Origin: Christensenella sp. UBA7862 | Lineage (GTDB): Bacteria > Bacillota > Clostridia > Christensenellales > UBA1242 | Reading direction: 5' to 3' | Length of the DNA stretch: 64,000 nucleotides | Assembly (NCBI GenBank): GCA_002500135.1 | Contig: DLSM01000001.1 | Location: forward strand, 16,629-80,628 | In this document: piece by piece, positions 10,001-16,789 of the stretch | Numbering within the stretch: the first letter of the stretch is position 1 | Layout: each line of letters starts with the position of its first letter | Program-made: the position numbers and the translations under genes | The notes under the pieces: generated by a model | Told to the model about the DNA's origin: nothing | What the model saw: only the letters and a program-made list of their open reading frames with translations | The model's database searches: none

Positions 10001-10458
10001 AAGTTGAGCAACTTAGAGAAGTTAAAATTGACATTTCACTTCAAGCCTTTGTGCCAGAAAGTTTTATTCCGTCAAACGAGTCTAGAATTTCACTTTATTC
10101 AAAAATCAGTAGGCTTTCAAGCGAGAAAGAATATAACGACCTTTTGGAAGAAATTTCAAATGCGTATGGTGTTGTTCCAAACTCCGTCAAACAACTTTGC
10201 ACTGTGGGACTTATCAAAAACCTTGCTCAAAAAATTGGCATAAAGAGAATTACGCTTAATAACTTCGCTTCACAAGTTGTGTTTTATGATGACATTCAAG
10301 ATAACCTTTCAAAATATTTATCTACCCCTCATGCTGACTTTGTTCAAGGCGACACGAAGACAATTATTACGCTTAAAAGAGGTGGAAGTGTTGAGGAAAG
10401 TCAAAAAATTCTTATCAAATTTTTGCAAAATTGTGGCAAAGTGACTGAACAAGCATAA
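7051..10458 (+). CDS. mfd: transcription-repair coupling factor Mfd
   Basis: The listed ORF opens with TTG at 7039. ATG 7051 behind GGGG is the more likely start. Helicase motifs are GDVGFGKTEVA (Walker A), DEEQRFG, LSATPIPRT and QLRGRIGRS. There is also a CarD-like segment (HEVHGVGK) and a C-terminal TRCF domain. The pth-mfd adjacency matches Bacillus. Confidence 0.95.
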   Translation: MERLKAKIAGIKEYKTATISGLNDGEKTLLPYLFGGKNLIVVSNRDAMDNYILNLKALGQKVVSFAGKLPQIISFAERNSQNFKDFCSNLRTLATGEFDNIVVTSDFLFQKLPQKQYVLEHILKLKKGQEIEIADLTKTLCKMGYVRVEMVSSEGEFALRGDIVDIFPLGSDIACRLSFFDNEIEEINQFDPVTFRLLKPQSKVEIGFCSLVDKDYFEDISSQVTKDMARLKLSDSSMLRLSEVTNAQLEAFDTGLNVSSAFFLPFAKYFGASVFDYLPQDATIFFDEPKLIMDRISVVGDENTNSFLDLSLKGEFLPKQMEFYFDKKDVLAKASDFRRVAFSRLVSQNKIFESERIENFVCPAVSRYVGKFIDLRANVLNLVKNHWSVVVATKDSATRNRLRGLFEEVSLPCFEIKKLDEAMGEGVFFLNENIWLSSNFEMERLLILGSKDLVGHQVVKQNKIVENAPKFLPKVGEYVVHEVHGVGKCVGIKRMKISSAERDYIIIEYKDGDLLYLPSENADMLSGFVGEAEPKCNKIGGTEFFKIKQKVKSSIKKATFDLLKVYSERMNSKGYVYPKDSYLQKEFEDAFQYDYTPDQLLAISDIKHDMETGQIMDRLICGDVGFGKTEVALVAAFKAIQEGKQVAFVCPTTILSEQHFATATSRMKDFMVRVAVLNRFKTKKEQEQILRDLADGKIDLICGTHRLLSKDVKFKDLGLLVIDEEQRFGVEDKDKLKNIKKNVDVLTLSATPIPRTLYMSLSGIRDVSYLNSPPKRRKMIQTAVIDYSDNLLVSACEKELARGGQVLIVYNRVETIANFYRHVQNLLPEAKIGFAHGQMSSKELEQAIYDLYSHNTQILISTVLIENGIDLPMANTLFVVDSDKLGLSQLYQLRGRIGRSDIEAYAYFSFASNKILSQDAYKRLDALVEFSDFGSGSKIAIRDLEIRGAGDILGRTQHGHMQQVGYDMFVKLLREVVGELKGEQVEQLREVKIDISLQAFVPESFIPSNESRISLYSKISRLSSEKEYNDLLEEISNAYGVVPNSVKQLCTVGLIKNLAQKIGIKRITLNNFASQVVFYDDIQDNLSKYLSTPHADFVQGDTKTIITLKRGGSVEESQKILIKFLQNCGKVTEQA

Positions 10459-10527
10459 TTTGTGTAATAGATTTTGCTATTCTTGGCAAAAATTGCGAGT
10501 GAGAGATAAAAAGTTTTGAATAAAAGA

Positions 10528-10556
10528 TTGCTTTTAGTTTTAGAATGATATATAAT
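10528..10556 (+). promoter_or_regulatory. sigma-A-type promoter candidate for the PrsA-like gene
   Basis: TTGCTT (10528-10533), 17-nt spacer, TATAAT (10551-10556). Confidence 0.4.
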
Positions 10557-10597
10557 AGTTCTTGTCTTATAGGCAATTTATATTGGAGAATTTTATT

Positions 10598-12415
10598 GTG
10601 AAAAAGAAACTTGCTACTTTATTTGTATTTATATTTGCATCAATTTGTGTCCTTCTCACTGGCTGCAACCTTTTTGACACAAACAATTATGCTGCATTGT
10701 CGTCCACTGTGGCAACTTGCGGCAGTGTGTCAATTACAAGAGAAGAACTTATAACCGCTTACAATTCATGGGGATATTATTACACATCTTCGCAATATGG
10801 CGGGCTTTCAAGGGAAGGGGCTTTGAAGCAAACGGCTTCTGACCTTGTTGACCAAAAGTTCTTGCTAAAAAATATTGACGACCTTGTTGCTAAATCTAAA
10901 CTTGACCCAACAGACAAAGACTATGACGCAACCTACGCAGACTTGGAACTTGACGCAGAAGATTATCAACATATCGTTGGCGAAGTTTGGGAATATATCG
11001 ATAGCACTCTTGCTATTTACAGAACGGAAGCAAGAAAGGAACTTGGGCTTACTGTTTCTGAGTTTGATGAAGAAGACAAAGGCTCTGTGACTTATTCTCC
11101 ACAATCACAATATGAAACAAAATTTGAAAAAACTGATGACGGCAAAGTTGTTAAAGTTAAAGAAGAAAAAACTATTGAACATCCAGACATTGCGGACAAT
11201 TTGACTTCTGAAACTCTTGCTCGTGAATATGCTAAAACCTACAATTATCAAACCCGTATTCGTGCTAACAAAAACGACTACAAAAAACTTGTTTGGACAA
11301 AATATATTTCTGCTCTTAAATCTTCTCAAAAGAACTATGGCTACAGCGATATGACAACAAAAGCAGTTTTTGAAAGAGAAGTTGACAGACTTGTTACAAG
11401 CAACATCACATCAAGAAAACTTACAAAATTCCAAGAATTTGTTAAAAACAGAAGCGGTTTTGTTGCAACAGACGTTGAGGGCGAAACTCGTTATGTTATG
11501 ACTGACGAAATGTTGCTTAAAGTTGTTGACAAATACAAAGAAGTTTACAACAAAAACTACACTGCATATGATTTGGCAAAAGATAGTTATGAAAATTCAA
11601 CCGCAACAGACAAAAAGAATTCCTATCTTTCATCACTTGCCAACACTTCAAACAGAGGAAATTATGTGTATTATGGCGACAGTGACGCTGAAAAGATGAT
11701 TACAGTTACACATATTCTTATCAAACTCACAACCGAAGAAAGCGATAAAATTAAGGAGATTGAGGAAGACACTTCATATCTTACAGAATCACAAAGAAAA
11801 ACTGCAATAAACAACATTATTTATGAAGCAAAAGCATATGAACGTGATGCAGAAGGCTATGATGTTTTGGACGACAATGGCGAAAAAGTCTATATTACAT
11901 TTAAAGAGCTTCTATCAAGAGTTGAACAAGCAGTAAATTCCAAAATGACAATCGAAGAAAAAGTTGAAGCATTTAACGAGTATCTTTACAAATATAATGT
12001 TGACAGCGGCATCATAAATGCTAAATTTGACTATGTAGTTGGAGCAACAAACACTTCAAGCATGGTGGAAGACTTCACTAAAGTTTCAAGAGAACTTTAT
12101 GAAGAAGGTGTAGGCTCTGTTGGCATGGCATATAACAACGACTCAAACTACACTGGCGCACATATTATTTTATGCACTGGCACGCTTGAAAACATCTTTA
12201 ACACAAAAGAAGAACTTGACTCACTGACAACAAGCAATGTGTTTGACAAACTTGAAGCAAAAACTTCAATTTCCTATAACGAAACAACATTTGAATATTT
12301 CTACGACCTTGTTGCTAGCGACAATTATACAACATATCAAGCAGACCTACTTACAACTCTTAAGGGCGGGAATAGCCTTGAATATGTCACAGCAAACTTC
12401 AGTGATTTGTTCTAA
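10598..12415 (+). CDS. large lipoprotein with a divergent parvulin-type PPIase-like region (PrsA/foldase-like)
   Basis: GTG 10598 lies 9 nt after GGAG (10585-10588). N-terminus VKKKLATLFVFIFASICVLLTGC gives a signal peptide plus lipobox LTGC. ITVTHILIKL ... SMVEDFTKVSRELYEEGVGSVGMAYNNDSNYTGAHIILC resembles a parvulin domain split by a long insertion. Its position after mfd is typical for PrsA-like genes in Clostridia. Confidence 0.5.
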   Translation: MKKKLATLFVFIFASICVLLTGCNLFDTNNYAALSSTVATCGSVSITREELITAYNSWGYYYTSSQYGGLSREGALKQTASDLVDQKFLLKNIDDLVAKSKLDPTDKDYDATYADLELDAEDYQHIVGEVWEYIDSTLAIYRTEARKELGLTVSEFDEEDKGSVTYSPQSQYETKFEKTDDGKVVKVKEEKTIEHPDIADNLTSETLAREYAKTYNYQTRIRANKNDYKKLVWTKYISALKSSQKNYGYSDMTTKAVFEREVDRLVTSNITSRKLTKFQEFVKNRSGFVATDVEGETRYVMTDEMLLKVVDKYKEVYNKNYTAYDLAKDSYENSTATDKKNSYLSSLANTSNRGNYVYYGDSDAEKMITVTHILIKLTTEESDKIKEIEEDTSYLTESQRKTAINNIIYEAKAYERDAEGYDVLDDNGEKVYITFKELLSRVEQAVNSKMTIEEKVEAFNEYLYKYNVDSGIINAKFDYVVGATNTSSMVEDFTKVSRELYEEGVGSVGMAYNNDSNYTGAHIILCTGTLENIFNTKEELDSLTTSNVFDKLEAKTSISYNETTFEYFYDLVASDNYTTYQADLLTTLKGGNSLEYVTANFSDLF

Positions 12416-12432
12416 TGAAATCTAAAAAACCT

Positions 12433-12464
12433 ATGACTTGCTACGGATTTTCCCGGCAAGTCAT
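12433..12464 (+). terminator. hairpin downstream of the PrsA-like gene (weak terminator candidate)
   Basis: ATGACTTGC..CGG / CCG GCAAGTCAT forms the stem, followed by only TTTG, so there is no strong U-tract. Confidence 0.4.
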
Positions 12465-12627
12465 TTGCAACTTTATAAGATGATAAATTTTAATTAAAAC
12501 TTAAGAAAAAATAACAAAAATTGTTATAAAAATTTGCGATGTAGCATTAAATTTATAAAAGAATAAGAATATTGAGAAAAAAAGAAATAAGGATCGCAAA
12601 AGCGAAATATATATTAAAGAGGATAAG

Positions 12628-14013
12628 ATGTCCACGAAAACAAAGACAAAGTCTAGGAAAGAGATTTCTCCTACACTAAAAACAGCCTATTTTAGGCGTG
12701 GAAAACTGGCACGAGTTGTTGCAAATTATGGGGCAAATGTTTCTGTGAACGATGTTTACACAATAAGTCCCCCAAAAAATCCTATGAGTTCTCGTGAGGA
12801 AGCTGCCATTGAATATGGGAATTTGCCAAAAAAAGACGACTCGCCTAAGGCAAAAAAGAAGAAAAAATTATTAAATTTCTTGTATTTTGCACTTAACATT
12901 GCCGTAATTGCCATTGTTCTTGGAATTCAACTTTCAAAAGAACAAAATCCACTAGAATCACTTTCAGAAATTCAAAATGCAAATTGGTGGTTTATTTTTG
13001 CGGCATTTGGCTGTGTGGCAGTGGGAATGTTGCTTGAACAAATAAGAACAAGTTGTCTTATAACAAACACCACAAAAGTTTACAGGCCCGCACTTGGATA
13101 TAAGGTTTCTGGGCTTGGCAGATTTTATGACGTTATAACTCCTCTTAGCACAGGCGGTCAGCCTTTCCAAATCCTTTATATGTCCAAATATGGCATAAAA
13201 GTTGGTGAGGGTGTGTCCATTGCAATGGGCAAATACATTTTTTCTCAAATAATATTCTTCCTCTGGGTGACATTTTTCCTTATGCGAAACCTCATCACTG
13301 GAGGGACGCAAAATATTTCCTCCGTGGCGGGCGGGGTTGCAACAACCTTTACATGGATTGGATACGCCGTGCTTGCGGTGGTCATTGTAACAGTTTTACT
13401 CATCTCTCTTAACAAAAGATTTGGGGCAAGCGTTGTTGTTGGAATACTTAAATTACTTAGCAAAATTCATATTGGCAAATTCAGAATTATAAAAGATTAT
13501 AAAAAATCATTTAGAAGCGTTATGCGAACTGTCAACATCTGGCAGACCACAACAAAACAATATAGCAGGTCGCCATGGGTTTTGTTCGTGTCGCTTTTCG
13601 GTTCACTTGCGTTCTATGCAATAAGTTATAGCATGCCATTCTTCCTTTACAGTGCATTTGCTGGCTGGCATCCAGAAATGTGGGTGGAAATTGTAACCAT
13701 TGCTGTTATGATTGATATGTCATCGGCATTCAATCCAATCCCAATGGGAACAGGAACAGCCGACCTTTCATTTACAACTTTCTTTTCATCACTTTTCATC
13801 GCCGCAGGACTTGGCACTGGTGTTCAAGTTTGGGCGCTCTTGATTTGGCGTTTCTTCACATATTACATCTTCATTCTTCAAGGCACATTTATTCTTGTGT
13901 ATGACATTGCAATCGGTGACAAAAGACTTGAGAAGAACAAAGAGTATTGGACTATCCCAGTGCGTGAGAGAAGAAAAATCAAGGCGGAAATTAAAGCAAA
14001 AGCTCAAAAATAA
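12628..14013 (+). CDS. flippase-like / lysylphosphatidylglycerol-synthase-TM-domain family membrane protein (UPF0104-like)
   Basis: AAAGAGGA precedes ATG 12628. A ~90-aa basic cytoplasmic N-terminus is followed by a polytopic membrane domain. That domain carries GRFYDVITPLSTGGQPFQILYMSKYGI, typical of this family. Confidence 0.6.
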   Translation: MSTKTKTKSRKEISPTLKTAYFRRGKLARVVANYGANVSVNDVYTISPPKNPMSSREEAAIEYGNLPKKDDSPKAKKKKKLLNFLYFALNIAVIAIVLGIQLSKEQNPLESLSEIQNANWWFIFAAFGCVAVGMLLEQIRTSCLITNTTKVYRPALGYKVSGLGRFYDVITPLSTGGQPFQILYMSKYGIKVGEGVSIAMGKYIFSQIIFFLWVTFFLMRNLITGGTQNISSVAGGVATTFTWIGYAVLAVVIVTVLLISLNKRFGASVVVGILKLLSKIHIGKFRIIKDYKKSFRSVMRTVNIWQTTTKQYSRSPWVLFVSLFGSLAFYAISYSMPFFLYSAFAGWHPEMWVEIVTIAVMIDMSSAFNPIPMGTGTADLSFTTFFSSLFIAAGLGTGVQVWALLIWRFFTYYIFILQGTFILVYDIAIGDKRLEKNKEYWTIPVRERRKIKAEIKAKAQK

Positions 14014-14081
14014 ACTTATCTTCGACCTATCGTGCGACACAAAAATCGGCTAAAACACTGATAAATACTAAACATTTAAAA

Positions 14082-14108
14082 AGCCTGACCATTCGGTCGG
14101 GCTTTTTT
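14082..14108. terminator. rho-independent terminator, potentially bidirectional
   Basis: AGCCTGACC - ATTC - GGTCGGGCT stem-loop with one G-U pair. It is flanked by AAAAA on the left and TTTTTT on the right. Confidence 0.75.
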
Positions 14109-14160
14109 AATATATTGACTAAGAATTGTAAAATATGTTAAGTTTTTATCAGATCCAACT

Positions 14161-14310
14161 TTATAAAACCAATTGGTCGAAAATGTATTTACTTGTAATA
14201 ATTACAAAGACTGTATAATATGCAACTCTGTTTGTTACAAAAGCAATATATGTTTTATCTATTTCTGAATATGTTGATAATGAAATAATATAAAGACTTG
14301 CATTATGCAT
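14161..14310 (-). CDS. candidate small hydrophobic protein (49 aa), the only minus-strand coding candidate
   Basis: My own translation gives MHNASLYIISLSTYSEIDKTYIAFVTNRVAYYTVFVIITSKYIFDQLVL*. GGGGG lies 5 nt upstream of the ATG (minus-strand 14320-14316). The ORF is below the 60-aa cut-off of the supplied track and faces the bidirectional terminator at 14082-14108. Confidence 0.25.
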   Translation of the reverse strand: MHNASLYIISLSTYSEIDKTYIAFVTNRVAYYTVFVIITSKYIFDQLVL

Positions 14311-14407
14311 ATGAACCCCCTTTTTTGTTATTGCTTATTTTTAAAGACGAAGTAATAAATATTGATTAAATATTTTCAAAGTGTCAATAAACATGGCGAG
14401 GGAAGAT

Positions 14408-14908
14408 ATGAAGAAGTTTTCTACAATTATTTTGCTTAGAGTTGCTACATATTTAATTCTTTTGGCTTTATTCGGCTTTGTGATGTTTGGCTTTTGTGCG
14501 AGAGATAAATTTTATGATTATTTTTCCCAGTTTGACGGGGTAGAATTTTGTTATATTTATGATTGTTCAAATGAAGATGTGAATGTTGAGAGAAAATCAC
14601 TACATACCACTCATATTGTGCAAAATGGACATTATCTTTTTGTTTTTTCTAATAATAATTTTTACAAAGATGTTAAGTTTAAGCAAGGCAAAATAAAAGG
14701 TGATATGGATATATATTTTGATATAATAAATAAACTTAATTTAAGAAATATCCATACAGAAAAAATGGGTAATATAATCGCTACTTTTGGCTTTGCAAGC
14801 GAGTTTGGCGAATTTAGGTGGGTTAATGGGCAAAAGATGAATTTGCATATTGTTTATTCAAATGGAGAAATAACTTTTGGCTCACCACTTATATATGGTT
14901 CTTACTAA
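14408..14908 (+). CDS. membrane-anchored hypothetical protein, YwmB/DUF1779-like
   Basis: ATG 14408 follows GAGGGA. There is one N-terminal TM segment (IILLRVATYLILLALFGFVMFGF). The C-terminus KMNLHIVYSNGEITFGSPLIYGSY resembles the conserved C-terminal end of B. subtilis YwmB (...GTPIVTTEY). That comparison is from memory and has not been searched. Confidence 0.4.
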   Translation: MKKFSTIILLRVATYLILLALFGFVMFGFCARDKFYDYFSQFDGVEFCYIYDCSNEDVNVERKSLHTTHIVQNGHYLFVFSNNNFYKDVKFKQGKIKGDMDIYFDIINKLNLRNIHTEKMGNIIATFGFASEFGEFRWVNGQKMNLHIVYSNGEITFGSPLIYGSY

Positions 14909-15018
14909 TTATATAATTTCTAAAAGCACGAAATATAGCGGTTTTTGGCGAATAAAAAAATTTAAAATAGTTGTTTAAAATTTCCCAAACTGTCAACAAT
15001 TTTGGCAAGGAGGGAAAT

Positions 15019-15606
15019 ATGAGAAAAATTGACTTTAGGGGGTTTTGGCAAAGATACAAAAGAGCGATAGTTTCGTCATCAATGTGCCTGCTTGCAATTG
15101 TGCTTGTGGCGGTGGTTTCTGCGACCAGTTTAAATAGTTCAAAGAACATTAAAAATGGCAATGTTCAGACTAGTTCTCCTACATCAATCACTTTTGTTCA
15201 ACCTGTGAAAGGTGGTGAGGTGATAAAAGACTATTCCAACAAAACTCTCAAATACAACGCAACTTTGAAACAATGGGAAGCACATAAGGCTGTTGACATT
15301 AAGGGCGCTGAAGGGGCTGAGGTTGTGGCTGTTGCAAATGGTGAAGTAGTGTCTGTGGAATCGAACTATTTAACTGGCACAGTTGTAACCATTAAGCATA
15401 ACGACAAACTGCAAACAGTTTATGGCTCGCTTGATGAAAAAGTTGATGTGAAAGTTGGTGACCAAGTGAAAAGTGGTCAAAAGATTGGAACAATCTCCAC
15501 CAGTGCTAAAAACGAAGCAAAGGACGGCGCTCACTTGCATTTTGAAGTTTTGCTTGACGGCGTGAAAGTTGACCCAAATCTTTATCTAGAAAATTCTAAC
15601 AAATAA
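15019..15606 (+). CDS. M23/LytM family metallopeptidase with an N-terminal membrane anchor; SpoIIQ candidate
   Basis: AAGGAGG (15007-15013) precedes ATG 15019. One TM segment is present (SSSMCLLAIVLVAVVSA). LytM motifs are HKAVDI (HxxxD) and GAHLHFEV (HxH). The gene lies upstream of spoIIID. Confidence 0.8.
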   Translation: MRKIDFRGFWQRYKRAIVSSSMCLLAIVLVAVVSATSLNSSKNIKNGNVQTSSPTSITFVQPVKGGEVIKDYSNKTLKYNATLKQWEAHKAVDIKGAEGAEVVAVANGEVVSVESNYLTGTVVTIKHNDKLQTVYGSLDEKVDVKVGDQVKSGQKIGTISTSAKNEAKDGAHLHFEVLLDGVKVDPNLYLENSNK

Positions 15607-15627
15607 TAAAAAATTTTCAAAAAACAC

Positions 15628-15656
15628 TTTACTATTATTTTTCAATGAGTTATAAT
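15628..15656 (+). promoter_or_regulatory. sigma-A-type promoter candidate for acpP
   Basis: TTTACT (15628-15633), 17-nt spacer, consensus TATAAT (15651-15656). Confidence 0.45.
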
Positions 15657-15688
15657 GTTTAAGTAGAATAATACTTTTGGAGGATATT

Positions 15689-15919
15689 ATGACCCTAGAC
15701 AAAGTTAAGCAAATGCTTGCAAATCAACTTAACGTGCAAGTAGAAAAAATCAACGAAGACTCAAAACTCATTGAAGATTTGGGGGCTGATTCACTTGACA
15801 TGATCGAAATGCTTATGTCACTTGAAGAAGAATTTGGAATTAGTGTTCCAGATGATAAGGTTGAAGACCTTAAAACCGTTGGTAACATTGTCGCATTTAT
15901 TGACAGTGTAAAAAAGTAA
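15689..15919 (+). CDS. acpP: acyl carrier protein
   Basis: GGAGG (15679-15683) precedes ATG 15689. The 76-aa acidic protein has the phosphopantetheine attachment motif LGADSLDMIEMLMSLEEEFG. Confidence 0.9.
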   Translation: MTLDKVKQMLANQLNVQVEKINEDSKLIEDLGADSLDMIEMLMSLEEEFGISVPDDKVEDLKTVGNIVAFIDSVKK

Positions 15920-15937
15920 ACCAAAATCCTACAAATT

Positions 15938-15962
15938 AGCATCCTTATGGGTGCTTTTTTGT
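15938..15962 (+). terminator. rho-independent terminator after acpP
   Basis: AGCATCC - TTAT - GGGTGCT hairpin followed by TTTTTTGTTTTT. Confidence 0.65.
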
Positions 15963-16036
15963 TTTTAACATTTTGCGACAAAAAATGACATATTTTTCCA
16001 CTTTTGCTCATAAAAATTACAAAGGAGTATGGTGGA

Positions 16037-16288
16037 ATGAAATTGTCAATTACATCAAGGGTGTTTGCGGAAGCAGATTTTATTTTAAAAAACAACGGGA
16101 CTGTGAGAAGTGTTGCAAAATATTTTGGAGTGTCAAAAAGCACAGTTCATAACGATTTATCCAAAAAACTTAGAACTTTTAACCCTTCGATATATAATAA
16201 AGTGAATAAATTACTTAAATTTAACCTCTCAGAACGTCATATTAGGGGTGGAGAAGCTACAAGAAGAAAATATAAGTGCCAAAAGTAG
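16037..16288 (+). CDS. spoIIID: sporulation transcriptional regulator SpoIIID
   Basis: AAAGGAG (16021-16027) lies 9 nt before ATG 16037. The 83-aa product has the helix-turn-helix region VRSVAKYFGVSKSTVHNDL and the C-terminal basic motif SERHIRGGEATRRKYK, both closely matching SpoIIID. Confidence 0.9.
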   Translation: MKLSITSRVFAEADFILKNNGTVRSVAKYFGVSKSTVHNDLSKKLRTFNPSIYNKVNKLLKFNLSERHIRGGEATRRKYKCQK

Positions 16289-16474
16289 CAATTTTATGCT
16301 ATATTTGGCATTTATTTTGATGTAAAAATAAGTGAATTTTATGTGTTTTGTTTTAGGGTAATTTTATGAGAAAATTTACAGTTTTCGCACGTTATGCAAG
16401 GTTTAGAAATTAAGTTAAGTTTTCTTGTATTAAAATGTTGCTAATTTTGAATATATAATCGCTAATTGTCGCTA

Positions 16475-16507
16475 GTTATCCACATTTTGTGAAATAATGT
16501 GGATAAC
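16475..16507. promoter_or_regulatory. perfect inverted pair of consensus DnaA boxes, or alternatively the spoIIID terminator hairpin
   Basis: GTTATCCACA (16475-16484), 13 nt, TGTGGATAAC (16498-16507). Both arms contain the exact 9-mer TTATCCACA. CTTTTTGTTTG follows the second arm. Confidence 0.55.
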
Positions 16508-16625
16508 TTTTTGTTTGTAATTTTTGCAAAATAAGGCGAAAAAATTGATAAAAATTTGTCAAGCAAAATTGGGTAAAAAAATAGGGAAAATTTAATATTT
16601 ATTTTTCATTTTCTGTCTCATTTCT

Positions 16626-16655
16626 TTGACAAGAAATGCCATAATAAGATATAAT
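16626..16655 (+). promoter_or_regulatory. near-consensus sigma-A promoter of giant gene 1
   Basis: TTGACA (16626-16631), 18-nt spacer, TATAAT (16650-16655). It sits about 70 nt upstream of ATG 16724. Confidence 0.6.
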
Positions 16656-16723
16656 TATACACGAATAGAACTTTGATTTATATTTCGGGCAAAATTCAAC
16701 ATAATAAAGGATAGGTGCTGGTT

Positions 16724-16789
16724 ATGAAAAAGTTTTTCGTTTTTATGTCTATTATGCTTTTATCTCTTTCAGGGGTTCTTGTCGCTTGT
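16724..16789 (+). other. lipoprotein signal peptide and lipobox of giant protein 1
   Basis: MKKFFVFMSIMLLSLSGVLVAC: basic N-terminus, hydrophobic core, lipobox L-V-A-C. The Cys codon TGT is at 16787-16789. Confidence 0.75.

Noticed and set aside
15968-16016. Sigma-E-like promoter matches upstream of spoIIID: ACATTTT-N14-CATATTTT and ACATATT-N14-CATAAAAA.
   Set aside because: Both are degenerate matches in very AT-rich DNA. The second would place the transcription start inside the Shine-Dalgarno sequence. This cannot be called without TSS data.
16625-16635. TTTGACAAGAA resembles a SpoIIID binding-site core (ACAAG-type) directly downstream of spoIIID.
   Set aside because: The match is essentially the -35 hexamer TTGACA plus two bases. 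Any consensus -35 followed by AG would score the same, so there is no independent support.
16289-16723. An AT-rich 435-bp spacer containing DnaA boxes might be oriC.
   Set aside because: It has only two boxes, no dnaA/dnaN nearby, and no obvious 13-mer/27-mer AT-rich unwinding repeats. A strong promoter for the downstream gene occupies the region. A regulatory DnaA site or a terminator hairpin is more likely.
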